Positions 29,903 through 39,947 of a DNA stretch of 64,000 bases are shown here, piece after piece. Made by a program: the position numbers and the translations under genes. How positions within the stretch are numbered: the stretch's first letter is position 1; the number at the start of each line of letters is the position of its first letter. Below the pieces are notes generated by a model. That model was given only the letters and a program-made list of their open reading frames with translations. It did not search any database and was not told the origin of the DNA. This DNA is from Pseudomonadota bacterium (GTDB lineage Bacteria > Desulfobacterota > Desulfovibrionia > Desulfovibrionales > Desulfovibrionaceae), in assembly GCA_023438245.1 (NCBI GenBank), contig JAEXRD010000149.1, positions 4,771-68,770 on the forward strand, given 5' to 3'.

Positions 29903-31009
29903 CTAGTCCAGAAAGCCTTCGTACAGCGTGAGCGTGCGCAGCAGGAAGTCGCGCCCGCCCAGCTGGGAGAGGGTCAGGTCCTGCGCGCGCAGAAGCTCCT
30001 TGCGGAATTCCGGCTCGTCCATGACCCGGGCCAGCATCTTCACCATGGCGTCCACGTCGCCGGGGGCGAACAGGGCCTCGGGCGGCAGCAGGTCGGGCAT
30101 GACGCCCACGTCGGACGACACAAGCGGGCGCTCGGCGGCCATGATCTCCAGCGCCGCGCGGGCGATGGTCTCCGACCACAGCGAGGCCACGATGCCCACG
30201 TCCGCCGCCGAGAGGCAGGCTCCCACGTCCTCGCGCCTGCCGGTGATCCTGACGAAGCGCTCCAGCTTGAATTCCCTGATCCAGCCCTCCACCTCGTCCT
30301 GGCCCGTGGCGCTGCCGAAGCCCAGCAGCAGCAGCCGGGCCTTGCGGTAGCCCTGCTTGTGGATGAGCCGGGAGAGGGCCTCCAGGGTCTCGCGCTGGCC
30401 CTTGACCCTGTCGAAGCGGCCCACCAGGGCGATGACCGTCTCCTTGGGGCCGTAGCCCAACTCGGCGCGCACGCGCTCGCGGCCCGCGGGGTCGAAGCGG
30501 AAGCGCTCCTTGTCCACGCCGCCGTGGATGAGCCAGACCTTCTGCTCCGGGGTGCGCATGGCGGTGAGGAAATGCCGGGCCATGCGCGAATTGGTCACCA
30601 CCACGGCGTCGGCCACGCGGGCGTGCAGCCAGCGGTTCAGGAAATCGGCGCGGGGCGGGCGCTGGTCGCCGCGGGTGCGCACCAGATGGAATTTGAGTCC
30701 CAGGCCCTTCAGGATGCCCCAGAGGAAGAAGCCCTCGCCCCGGTGGCAGTTCACGATCTGCGGCTTCTCGCGCAGGATCAGCCGGGCCAGGCGGAAAAGC
30801 GCGGCGAGGAGCCTGAGCGGGTTGGCGGTGTTGAGGCCAGCCGGGCGGGCGTCCAGGCCCCAGTCCAGGGCCTTCTGGTGCGTGTCGGTGCCGCCCTGGG
30901 TCAGCACGATCACCGTGTGCCCGGCCTCCATGAGCAGGCGCGAGAGGTACAGCCCGTACCATGCGGTGGCGTTGAACCAGCGGACGTTGACGACCTGGAA
31001 GACGACCAT
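29903..31009 (-). CDS. Glycosyltransferase family 4
   Basis: VGRFDRVKG, SLWSETIARAALE, SDVGV. Confidence 0.9.
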   Translation of the reverse strand: MVVFQVVNVRWFNATAWYGLYLSRLLMEAGHTVIVLTQGGTDTHQKALDWGLDARPAGLNTANPLRLLAALFRLARLILREKPQIVNCHRGEGFFLWGILKGLGLKFHLVRTRGDQRPPRADFLNRWLHARVADAVVVTNSRMARHFLTAMRTPEQKVWLIHGGVDKERFRFDPAGRERVRAELGYGPKETVIALVGRFDRVKGQRETLEALSRLIHKQGYRKARLLLLGFGSATGQDEVEGWIREFKLERFVRITGRREDVGACLSAADVGIVASLWSETIARAALEIMAAERPLVSSDVGVMPDLLPPEALFAPGDVDAMVKMLARVMDEPEFRKELLRAQDLTLSQLGGRDFLLRTLTLYEGFLD

Positions 31010-31079
31010 GCGTTGGCCTCAGGCTTTGGCGGCGCGTGCGGAAAGCCCTGCCGCTTTTGCCGGCTGCGGGGCGGTGCGG

Positions 31080-31442
31080 CTAGGCAAAGACTTCCCGCTT
31101 GGTCACGGCTTCGTTCTTGATGCGGTCGAGCAGGTCGGACAGGGCGGATTTGACGTTCTCCCTGATGTCTCCGGCCACGATGATGTACATGACGTCGTCG
31201 CCGGGCTTCAGGATTCCGCTCCGGCAGAACGCCGTGGCACGGAAAATGCCTGGGCGTTTCTGGAACTCCTCGCACAGCGCCTGGATCTTGGCGTTGTCCG
31301 GGGTGATCTCCACGGCGGTGACCCCGGCCTTGTTTTGCCTGGACCAACCGCGCACCACTCCGTTATGGATGAGCATCATGCCGACGTTGTCGGCGAAGCC
31401 GGGGGTATTCTTCACATCGGCGATGGCCTTGGCCAGATCCAT
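31080..31442 (-). CDS. moaE: Molybdopterin synthase large subunit (MoaE-like, short form)
   Basis: GMMLIHNGVVRG, GILKPGD, VAGDIRE, IK..AVTKRE. Confidence 0.8.
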   Translation of the reverse strand: MDLAKAIADVKNTPGFADNVGMMLIHNGVVRGWSRQNKAGVTAVEITPDNAKIQALCEEFQKRPGIFRATAFCRSGILKPGDDVMYIIVAGDIRENVKSALSDLLDRIKNEAVTKREVFA

Positions 31443-31475
31443 GGGTGTCCTCCGCGGGATTGATTGAGGGGTTCA

Positions 31476-34265
31476 ATGTACACGCTTTCCACCCTGTTGC
31501 AAAGACTGCCCTCGGTCTCCAACTCGAGGCTCATCAGCTCCGGCTACGGTTTGTGGCTGGTATGGAACGGCTCGTTCAACACCTCCATCGCCCATACCCT
31601 GCACGAGCACGGCCTGATGCAGGTGGTGGAGGAGTCCGGCCAGAGCCTGTGGGTCTCCTTCAATTCCGAGGTGTTCCGCGCCCTGGCCAAGCTGCAGATG
31701 TGGTCGCGCCTGAGCGAGCTGCCGCTGTTCTGCCAGGTGCTGCCCGTCACCGTGCTGGTGGGCTACGATCTGTCCGTGGGCATGAGCGTCTCCGCCGACA
31801 TGGTCCGCCAGCAGGTCTCCGCCCCGCAGGACCTGGAAATCTGGGTGCACTCCAAGTTCGGCGAGGGCGTGCGCTCGGTGCACGGGCTTTCGCTGGGGCC
31901 CTCGGCCAACCGGCAGGGGCTGGCGGGCTCCAACTGGTGCCCGCTCAATTCGGACCAGGGCCTGGACTACGGCTCCCCGGCCTCCTGGTACGGCGTGATG
32001 AAGCCGCTGGGCCGTCTGGGCGAGCGCGAGAGCATCGCCGGGTGGCGCGCCTATTTCTCCGAGGTCCAGGGCGTGTTCCAGCGCCTGGGGATCAAGTACC
32101 TCTCCGACGACGCCCAGGGCTTCGTCATCTTCCCGCTGGACAACTACCGCCAGATGCGCCTGTTCTGCATCGAGATCGCCTCCCTCATCGCCGAGAGCAA
32201 GCGCGCCCAGAAGTCCTACTGGCCGTGCGTCATCGCCGTGAACGAGCAGCGCGGCATGAGCTTCTCCATGGACCTGCCCAGCCGCTTCGGGCTGGACTGG
32301 AACCGGCTGACCCCCGATTTTCTGCACATGCGCTACCGCGACGGCTTCGGCCTGTCCGACGTCTTCAAGGTCAACGAGATCAACTACGGCGGCGAGCAGG
32401 AGACGCTGGACTCCTGGTGCAGCCTGACCCTGCGCGCGGGCGACGGCAGCGCCTCCAAGGAAGCCATCGAGATGCCCCTGCCGCGCCGCTGGCTGGCGGG
32501 AAACACCAGGGAATGCTTCTACTGCGGCCTGAAGAACCACACCGAGTCGGGCTGCCCCTCGCGCCATCTCGGGCCCTTCCGCGACAGCGCCTGGCAGGCC
32601 CTGTGCCTGGTGGGCATGGACGACATGATGAAGGGCTTCAAGGCCCTGGACGAGATCAGCGAGCCTGCGCGCTTCACCCAGGCCACCCAGACCCTGCTGG
32701 CGGCCAAGGACGGCGGCCTGGAGACGGTGCTGGTGCGCGCCCTGTTCGCCATCAACGCCGTGGGCCAGCCCGGGCTTCTGCCCATCGTGGGGCGCATCAA
32801 GAACCGCGAGTGGCCCGTGGAGCCCTCCCAACTGCTGCCCGACGAGGGCTTCCCCGTGGAGGAGCTCTACCGCGCCTACCTGGGCGGCGACCTGGAGCGC
32901 GCCAAGGAGGGGCTGCGGGAAGCCGCCGGGAACAAGGTCCACCGCACCTTCGAGGAGGCCTGCCTGGAGGGCTTCGTGTGCCTGGACCAGGGCGACCTGC
33001 ACATGGCCCACTTCTTCTGGCAGGAGGCCGCGCGCCTGGGCGGCACCAACATCCAGCAGTGCTACGTGCTGTACCTGCAGGCCCGCGTGCGCGAGGTGGA
33101 GGGCGAATTCCGCGATGCCGTGAACCTGTACCGCCAGGTGAAGAACGGCTCTCCGCGCTGGAACGAGCCGATCTACCGCGAGGCCGTGTGCATGGTGAAG
33201 ATGGGCTTCTCCGGCCAGGCGCTGGAGCTGTTCTACGAGCTGGTGGGCAAGGAGAGCCACTTCTTCAACCGCATGCTCATCGACCCGGAGCTGGACCGCG
33301 GCAGGGTGCACGTGCTCTCCAGCCTGGGCGAGATGTGGGCGGCGGCGCGCGGCGGCGCGCAGGAGACCGGCAAGCGCGTGGCGGCGCTGCTGGAGGAGGT
33401 GCCCCAGTGGTTCGACGAGGACCACGCCTTCCGCAAGCCCGCCCTGGAGCACCTGGAGCGCATGAACGCCCTGGCCGAGACCGACAATTTCGCCGCCTTC
33501 CGCGAGCTGGAGAAGGGCATGCTGGGGTTCGCCCCGAACATGCAGAAGCAGATCGACGAGGAGATCAAGCGCATCAAGGAGCGCGTGACCCTCTACGCCG
33601 ACCGCCTGCGCGACGTGCAGTACGAGGCGGGCTGGTTCCCCTTCCCCAAGCTGCTGCAGGACTTCAACGCCGACTTCAACTACTGCGTGCAGCGCATCAA
33701 CTGGACCATGACCCAGAAGCTGCGCACGGCGGACAATTTCCGTCTGGCCCGGCGCAACCTGCCGGAGATCGAGGACCGCCTGAAGTCGCTCTCCAACCGG
33801 CTGACCAGCCTGCGCATCGTGCGCGACAGCACGCTTTTCGCGCTCATCGTGGGCAAGACCTTCCTGTGGCTGGAGATCGTGGGCCTGGCCCTGTGCATCC
33901 TGATCCTGCCGCTCCTGATCTTCTACTCGAACAAGATCGGGCACCACTGGCTGGTTGAGGGCATCCTGGACCAGAAGTGGGCCTTCCAGAAGGGCCTCAT
34001 CTTCATGATCACGGTCTGCTCCCTGGGGCTGGCGGCGTTTCTGGGCGTGGCCTCCTTCGAGAAGCGGCGCACCAAGCTCTTCGAGGCCGACGCCGAGCGC
34101 CGGGCCGAGCGCAAGAAGGCCCTGGAGGCCAGGCGCGCCGCGGCCCGCGCGGCCAAGTCCGGAGCCAGGACCGCCAAGTCCGACGCCAAGCCCGCTGCCC
34201 CTGCGGGCAAGGCTCCGGCCAAGCCCCCCGCCAAGACAGCCGCCAAGCCCGGCGCAAAGAAATAG
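31476..34265 (+). CDS. Large TPR/coiled-coil membrane protein with CCHC zinc knuckle
   Basis: GAGGGG RBS, ATG 31476; CFYCGLKNHTESGC; TPR-like helices; two C-terminal TMs and a Lys/Ala/Pro tail. Confidence 0.8.
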   Translation: MYTLSTLLQRLPSVSNSRLISSGYGLWLVWNGSFNTSIAHTLHEHGLMQVVEESGQSLWVSFNSEVFRALAKLQMWSRLSELPLFCQVLPVTVLVGYDLSVGMSVSADMVRQQVSAPQDLEIWVHSKFGEGVRSVHGLSLGPSANRQGLAGSNWCPLNSDQGLDYGSPASWYGVMKPLGRLGERESIAGWRAYFSEVQGVFQRLGIKYLSDDAQGFVIFPLDNYRQMRLFCIEIASLIAESKRAQKSYWPCVIAVNEQRGMSFSMDLPSRFGLDWNRLTPDFLHMRYRDGFGLSDVFKVNEINYGGEQETLDSWCSLTLRAGDGSASKEAIEMPLPRRWLAGNTRECFYCGLKNHTESGCPSRHLGPFRDSAWQALCLVGMDDMMKGFKALDEISEPARFTQATQTLLAAKDGGLETVLVRALFAINAVGQPGLLPIVGRIKNREWPVEPSQLLPDEGFPVEELYRAYLGGDLERAKEGLREAAGNKVHRTFEEACLEGFVCLDQGDLHMAHFFWQEAARLGGTNIQQCYVLYLQARVREVEGEFRDAVNLYRQVKNGSPRWNEPIYREAVCMVKMGFSGQALELFYELVGKESHFFNRMLIDPELDRGRVHVLSSLGEMWAAARGGAQETGKRVAALLEEVPQWFDEDHAFRKPALEHLERMNALAETDNFAAFRELEKGMLGFAPNMQKQIDEEIKRIKERVTLYADRLRDVQYEAGWFPFPKLLQDFNADFNYCVQRINWTMTQKLRTADNFRLARRNLPEIEDRLKSLSNRLTSLRIVRDSTLFALIVGKTFLWLEIVGLALCILILPLLIFYSNKIGHHWLVEGILDQKWAFQKGLIFMITVCSLGLAAFLGVASFEKRRTKLFEADAERRAERKKALEARRAAARAAKSGARTAKSDAKPAAPAGKAPAKPPAKTAAKPGAKK

Positions 34266-34397
34266 CGCCGGGCCGGCGCCTCGCCCTTTCCCGCACTTGC
34301 AGGCTTTGGCTTGCAAAATGCCGGGAAAAGATTAGGGTAAATCGATATCGGCTTGGAATCCCCCCTCCTGCCGGAACCGACATCCGCGAGGCGTTTC

Positions 34398-36695
34398 ATG
34401 GCCCTGCGTGCACTGCACGGCTCCATCCGCAAGAAGCTGGCCCTGCTCTTTCTGCTTTCGGCCCTGCCCGCGCTCATCCTGATCCTCCTCGCGGGCGTTC
34501 AGAACCGCAACAAGGCCCTGGATGAGGCCCGGCAGGACCTGCTCTCCTTCGCGCGCCGCGCGGCGGAGAGCCAGGAGCGCTCCACCGAAGCCACCCGCAA
34601 GATGATGGAGAACCTGTCCCGCGTCCCCGACATCAGGAGCGGCGACCTGGCCGCCTGCACGCGCATCTTCACCAATGTGCTGCGCATCAACCAGCAGCGC
34701 TACGCCACGCTCTACCTCGTGGACCTCGACGGCCGGATGCTGGCCACGGGAAACCCCAACGTGGACCCGGAGGTGGCGCGCACCAAGCACTTCCGGGACG
34801 CCGTGGCGGCCAGGGCCTTCGCGGTGGGCGAGTACCAGCCCGGCCCGCGCCGGGGCGAGGCCACCCTGTCCTTCGGCTGCCCGGTGTTCGACGAGGCGGG
34901 CTCGGTGAGCGGGGTGATCATCGCCAGCGTGCTGCTCAGCGGCTACGGCGACCAATTCAAGGACATGCACCTGCCCGAGGACTCCTTCCTGGGCCTGTGC
35001 GACCACCAGGGCCTGCGGCTCAGCCGCGTTCCCGCCACGCCCGAGACCCCGGCGGGGCAGGCCATCAATGCCTCGGTGTTCGAGGCCGCCCGGTCCGGAG
35101 GCGAGGAGGGGCTGATGGGCTATGTCGACGCCAAGGGCGTTGAGCGCATCATGGCCTTCCGGAAGCTGCGCCTTGACCCCGGCAAGACCCCGTACATGTA
35201 CGTGTTCGTGGCCGAGCCCAAGGCCAGGATAAACGCCAGGGCCTGGGAAAGCCTCACGCGCGACCTGGGCGTGCTGGCGCTCATGGTGGTGCTCACGCTG
35301 GTGAGCGGGTGGTACCTGGGCGGCAGGAACATGGGCCGCAGGCTGGAGGAACTGGCCGCCGCCGCCACCCGCGTGGGCGAGGGCGACCTCTCCGTGCGTG
35401 TGGATGCGGAGCTGGGCGTGGACGAGATCGACATCCTGGCCGGATCCTTCAACTCCATGGCCGAGACGCTGGAGATGGACCGGGCGGAGCGGCTCAGGAA
35501 CGAGGCGGAGCTGCGCCTGGCCAAGGGCCAGGCCGAGGCCGCCAACAGGGCCAAGAGCCAGTTCCTGGCCAACATGAGCCACGAGCTGCGCACCCCGCTC
35601 AACGGCCTGCTGGGCATGCTCCAGCTCATCAAGGGCGGCGGGGAGCCGGGCGAGGTGGACGCCTTCGTGGACGCGGCCTACCGCTCCGGCCAGCGGCTGA
35701 CCAACCTCCTGGGCGACCTGCTGGACCTGTCGCGGATAGAGGCCGGGCGCATGCGCATCGAGACCCGGCCCTTCGCGCTGGCCAGCGTGTTCTCCGCGCT
35801 TTCCGAGACCTTCTCGCCCATGAACCACAGCAAGCGCGTGCCCCTGGTCATCGAGTGCGATCCCCGCGTGCCCACGCAGCTCATGGGCGACGAGATCCGC
35901 GTGCGCCAGATCCTGTTCAACCTCGTGGGCAACGCCATGAAGTTCACCGACCAGGGCGAGGTGCGGCTGGAGGTCTGGCCGCTGCTGCCCCTGCCCTCGG
36001 GCCGGGCGCGGCTGCTGTTCCTGGTCAGCGATACCGGCATCGGCATTCCGGACGACATGATCGGCAGGATCTGCAGCCCCTTCACCCAGGTCTCGGAGGA
36101 CTACACCCGCTCCCACCAGGGCGCGGGCCTGGGGCTGTCCATCGTGCAGAACCTGGTGGCGGCCATGGGCGGCACGCTGGAGATCGACAGCCTGATGGGG
36201 CAGGGCACCAGGGTCTGCGTGGTGCTGCCCTTCCCCCTGCCCGGTCCGACCGGGACCGTGGCCGTTGCGGGCCGAGAGCGGGAACCCGCGCCGCAAGGCC
36301 GCCTGCGCCTGCTGCTGGCCGAGGACGACGAGGTCAGCCGCCTGAGCGGCAGGCTGCTGCTGGAGCGCATGGGCCATGAGGTGACCACCGTGGCCAACGG
36401 GGCCGAGGCCCTGGAGGCGCTGCGGGCTGCGCATTTCGACTGCGTGCTCATGGATGTGCAGATGCCGGTGATGAGCGGGCTGGAGGCCACCCGGCGAGTG
36501 CGCGGCGGCGAGTCCGGCGTGCTGAATCCGCGCATCCCGGTCATCGCCATGACCGCCTACGCCATGACCGGCGACCGCGAGCAGTTCCTGGCCGCGGGCA
36601 TGGACGACTACGTGGCCAAGCCCGTGACCTCCGAGGAGCTTGCGCAGGTCATCGCCCGCACGCTGGAGCCGGGGAGCGCTGCGCCGGGGCGTTGA
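34398..36695 (+). CDS. Hybrid sensor histidine kinase (Cache-HAMP-HisKA-HATPase-REC)
   Basis: FLANMSHELRTPL, NLVGNAMKF, DTGIG, GAGLGL; receiver LMDVQMP..KP. Confidence 0.95.
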   Translation: MALRALHGSIRKKLALLFLLSALPALILILLAGVQNRNKALDEARQDLLSFARRAAESQERSTEATRKMMENLSRVPDIRSGDLAACTRIFTNVLRINQQRYATLYLVDLDGRMLATGNPNVDPEVARTKHFRDAVAARAFAVGEYQPGPRRGEATLSFGCPVFDEAGSVSGVIIASVLLSGYGDQFKDMHLPEDSFLGLCDHQGLRLSRVPATPETPAGQAINASVFEAARSGGEEGLMGYVDAKGVERIMAFRKLRLDPGKTPYMYVFVAEPKARINARAWESLTRDLGVLALMVVLTLVSGWYLGGRNMGRRLEELAAAATRVGEGDLSVRVDAELGVDEIDILAGSFNSMAETLEMDRAERLRNEAELRLAKGQAEAANRAKSQFLANMSHELRTPLNGLLGMLQLIKGGGEPGEVDAFVDAAYRSGQRLTNLLGDLLDLSRIEAGRMRIETRPFALASVFSALSETFSPMNHSKRVPLVIECDPRVPTQLMGDEIRVRQILFNLVGNAMKFTDQGEVRLEVWPLLPLPSGRARLLFLVSDTGIGIPDDMIGRICSPFTQVSEDYTRSHQGAGLGLSIVQNLVAAMGGTLEIDSLMGQGTRVCVVLPFPLPGPTGTVAVAGREREPAPQGRLRLLLAEDDEVSRLSGRLLLERMGHEVTTVANGAEALEALRAAHFDCVLMDVQMPVMSGLEATRRVRGGESGVLNPRIPVIAMTAYAMTGDREQFLAAGMDDYVAKPVTSEELAQVIARTLEPGSAAPGR

Positions 36696-36777
36696 CGGGC
36701 GCGCCGTCTTGACGCATGAGTACAGGTGAGGCCGAAGCTTGGCCAAACCTTGATCCGCATCCCACAGGAGGGCCGCC

Positions 36778-37530
36778 ATGCCGCATACCCTGGTGCTCAT
36801 CCGCCACGGCCAGAGCGTTTGGAACCTGGAGAACCGCTTCACCGGCTGGACCGACGTGGACCTTTCGGACCAGGGCGTGCGCGAGGCCGAGGAGGGCGCT
36901 CGGCTGCTGCGCGAGGGCGGCTTCGCCTTTGACCGCTGCCACACCTCCTATCTCAAGCGGGCCATCCGCACGCTCTGGATCGTGCTGGAGCGCATGGACC
37001 TGATGTGGCTGCCGGTGGAGACCTCCTGGCGGCTCAACGAGCGGCACTACGGCGCGCTGCAGGGCCTGAACAAGGCCGAGACCGCCAAGAAGTACAGCGA
37101 CGAGCAGGTGTTCCAGTGGCGCCGCAGCTTCGACGTGCCGCCCCCGCCCCTGGACCCCTCCGACGAGCGCTTCCCCGGGCGCGACCCGCGCTACGCCGCG
37201 CTCTCCCAGGCCGACCTGCCCCGCGCCGAGAGCCTCAAGATCACCATCGACCGCGTCATGCCCTACTGGCACCAGGTGCTGGCCCCGCAGATCCGCTCCG
37301 GCCAGCGGCTGCTGGTGGCCGCGCATGGCAACTCCCTGCGCGGGCTGGTGAAGTACCTGGACGGCATGAGCGACGCGGACGTGGCCGAGCTGAACATCCC
37401 CACCGGCGTGCCGCTGGTGTATCGCCTGGACGACAACCTGAAGTCCCTGGGGCGCGAGTACCTGGGCGACCCCGAGGCCGTGGCCAAGGCCGCCAAGGCC
37501 GTGGCGGACCAGGCCAGGGCCAAGGGCTAG
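36778..37530 (+). CDS. gpmA: 2,3-BPG-dependent phosphoglycerate mutase
   Basis: [30 protein letters not shown]. Confidence 0.97.
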   Translation: MPHTLVLIRHGQSVWNLENRFTGWTDVDLSDQGVREAEEGARLLREGGFAFDRCHTSYLKRAIRTLWIVLERMDLMWLPVETSWRLNERHYGALQGLNKAETAKKYSDEQVFQWRRSFDVPPPPLDPSDERFPGRDPRYAALSQADLPRAESLKITIDRVMPYWHQVLAPQIRSGQRLLVAAHGNSLRGLVKYLDGMSDADVAELNIPTGVPLVYRLDDNLKSLGREYLGDPEAVAKAAKAVADQARAKG

Positions 37531-37535
37531 GGCCG

Positions 37536-38684
37536 GTGGCCAAGCGCGTTTCCAAGGCCCCGGAGCCCCTGGCCGGGGCCTTCGATATTTCCGGCTTCCG
37601 TACCGCACTCCTGGACTGGTTCGCGGAGCACGCCCGCGACCTGCCCTGGCGCAGGACGCTCGACCCCTATCAGGTCTGGGTCTCGGAGATCATGCTCCAG
37701 CAGACCCAGATGGACCGCGCCGTGGGCTTTTTTGAGCGCTTCACCGCGCGCTTCCCCGACCCGGCCAGCCTGGCCGCGGCCAGCGAGGACGAGGTGCTCA
37801 AGCTCTGGGAGGGCCTGGGCTACTATTCCCGCGCCAGGAATCTCCAAAAGGCGGCGCGGCGCATCGTGGAGCGCCACGGCGGCGTGTTCCCGCGCGGGTT
37901 CGAGGAGGTTCGCGCCCTGCCCGGCGTGGGGCCGTACACCGCCGGGGCCGTCATGAGCGTGGCCTTTGATGAGCCGCGCCCGGCCGTGGACGCCAACGTG
38001 GAGCGCGTGCTCTCCCGCGTGCTGGACATCGCCGAGCCGCTGGCCAAGCCCGATGTGAAGCGCCGCATCCTGGCCGCCGCCTGGGAACTCACCCCTCCCG
38101 AGGGCGGCAGGGCCTTCAGCCAGGCCATGATGGAACTGGGCGCGCTGGTCTGCGGACCCCGGCGGGCGGACTGCGCCGCCTGTCCCGTGGCCGCCCACTG
38201 CCTAGCGCGCGCTCGCGGCACCGTGGCGGATCGCCCGGCTCCCAAGCCCAAGGTCGAACTCGTGCGCATCCACATGGCCACGGGCGTGCTGGTGCACCAG
38301 GGCCGGGTGCTGGTGCAGAAGCGCAGGCCCGGCGACGTCTGGCCCGGGCTGTGGGAGTTTCCCGGCGGCTGCCTGGAGGAGGGCGAGAGCCCGGAGCAGG
38401 CGCTGGTGCGCGAGTTCCGCGAGGAGACCGAGCTGGCCGTGGAGCCGGTGGGCCGCATCGCGGTGGTGCGCTACGGCTACACCAGGTACCGCGTGACCAT
38501 GCACGGGTTCTTCTGCCGCCCCGCGCCGGGCCAGGACGCGCACGCCTTCCGCCTGCACGAGGCCACCGAGGGCCGCTACGCCCGGCTGGAGGAGCTGGCG
38601 GGCCTGGCCTTCCCCTCGGGCCATGCCAGGCTTCTGGCGCTCACGCGCTCGGACCTGCGCCTGGAGGCGCTGCTGGCCGGATAG
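37536..38684 (+). CDS. mutY: A/G-specific adenine glycosylase
   Basis: WVSEIMLQQT, GLGYYSRA, LPGVGPYTA, VDANV, 4Fe-4S C-X6-C-X2-C-X5-C, NUDIX-like C-terminus; start uncertain. Confidence 0.93.
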   Translation: MAKRVSKAPEPLAGAFDISGFRTALLDWFAEHARDLPWRRTLDPYQVWVSEIMLQQTQMDRAVGFFERFTARFPDPASLAAASEDEVLKLWEGLGYYSRARNLQKAARRIVERHGGVFPRGFEEVRALPGVGPYTAGAVMSVAFDEPRPAVDANVERVLSRVLDIAEPLAKPDVKRRILAAAWELTPPEGGRAFSQAMMELGALVCGPRRADCAACPVAAHCLARARGTVADRPAPKPKVELVRIHMATGVLVHQGRVLVQKRRPGDVWPGLWEFPGGCLEEGESPEQALVREFREETELAVEPVGRIAVVRYGYTRYRVTMHGFFCRPAPGQDAHAFRLHEATEGRYARLEELAGLAFPSGHARLLALTRSDLRLEALLAG

Positions 38685-38723
38685 GGCGCATCCATCCCAG
38701 AAAAATCACACCCTTTTTTCGAC

Positions 38724-38740
38724 TTGGCCCGCTCCATGCT
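38724..38740 (+). promoter_or_regulatory. Putative sigma54 promoter (-24/-12)
   Basis: TTGGCCCGCTCCATGCT = GG-N10-GC, 54 bp before ATG 38795. Confidence 0.6.
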
Positions 38741-38794
38741 TACTGGGGGTCAGAATACCCTGCCGGGGTCAAATTCCCGGCGGCGGAGGGGACC

Positions 38795-39850
38795 ATGTCG
38801 AACCAGACGAACACCATCGCCGAGGCGTTGCGCATGCTGGGGCAGCCGCAGGCTGCGGGCCAAACCGGCCAAATCGGCCTGGCGGGCCAACAGCCCGGCC
38901 GCGCCGCAAAACCGGTGGACCCCAAGGCCCTGGCCTTCCAGGCCGAGATGCAGATGGCCCGGCAGGCCATGGCCGTGGGCGGCGAGCCCGGAACCCAGGA
39001 GAGCTCCTCCTTCGGCGCGGACATGGGCATGTTCTCGGACATGATGCTCATGGACGCCCTGTCCACCATCCAGCGCCTGACAGGCGAGGGAGCGCCCCAG
39101 CAGCCCCGGCAGAATGCCGCGCCCGCGCCCGTGGGCGAGGCGGAGCTGGCCAGGTCGCTGACCCGCAACCCTTCGGCGGCGGGGAGCGAGGGCCTGGGCG
39201 CGCTGGCCGCCAAGTTCGAGTCCGGCGAAAAGGGAGTTGAGGCCATCGGCTTCGACCGCACCGGCGGCACCAGCTACGGCAAGTTCCAGATTTCGTCGCG
39301 CGCCGGAACCATGGGCCGGTTCCTGGACTTCCTGGCCGAGCGCGAGCCTTCCTGGGCGGCGCGGCTGCGCGCCAGCGGCCCGGCCAACACCGGCTCCGCC
39401 AGGGGGCGCATGCCCGCCGAGTGGGTGAAGATCGCCCACGAGGACGCGGCCAAGTTCGAGAAGCTCCAGCACGAATTCATCAAGAAGGACCACTACCAGC
39501 CCGCGCGCGAGAAGATCCTGGCGCAGACCGGGGTGGACCTGGACGCCGCCAGGCCCGCCCTGCGCGAGGCCCTGTTCAGCACCGCGGTGCAGCACGGCGC
39601 CAGCGGCGCGGCGCGCATCTTCAACGCCGCCATCGACAAGTTTTTGAAAAAGCCCGAGGCCGCGCAGGCCGCCGCGCCCGGAGTGAAGAGCTTCGAGCAG
39701 GCGCTGGTCAGCGAGGTGTACTCGCGCCGGGGCGACCAGTTCGGCGGCTCCACCGCCGCGGTGCGCAGCAGCGTGCGCGGCCGTCTCAAGCAGGAGAAGG
39801 ACATGGTGCTGGCCATGCTGGACCGGAAGGGCGTGGACCGGCTGGCCTAG
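38795..39850 (+). CDS. Protein with VgrG3 C-terminal-like muramidase domain
   Basis: LAAKFESG, GGTSYGKFQISS, QHEFIKKDHY, FSTAVQHG parallel the V. cholerae VgrG3 effector domain; Gln/Ala-rich N-terminus. Confidence 0.75.
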   Translation: MSNQTNTIAEALRMLGQPQAAGQTGQIGLAGQQPGRAAKPVDPKALAFQAEMQMARQAMAVGGEPGTQESSSFGADMGMFSDMMLMDALSTIQRLTGEGAPQQPRQNAAPAPVGEAELARSLTRNPSAAGSEGLGALAAKFESGEKGVEAIGFDRTGGTSYGKFQISSRAGTMGRFLDFLAEREPSWAARLRASGPANTGSARGRMPAEWVKIAHEDAAKFEKLQHEFIKKDHYQPAREKILAQTGVDLDAARPALREALFSTAVQHGASGAARIFNAAIDKFLKKPEAAQAAAPGVKSFEQALVSEVYSRRGDQFGGSTAAVRSSVRGRLKQEKDMVLAMLDRKGVDRLA

Positions 39851-39912
39851 CCGAATCATTGGGATACCTGGCTGGCGCGATCTGGGGAGACCGCGCCAAG
39901 GCCGAGACATGG

Positions 39913-39946
39913 GGGCGTGGCCGCATTGGCCGCGCCCTTTGCCTTT
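39913..39946 (+). terminator. Intrinsic terminator
   Basis: GGGCGTGGCC/GGCCGCGCCC stem followed by TTTGCCTTT. Confidence 0.55.
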
Positions 39947-39947
39947 G

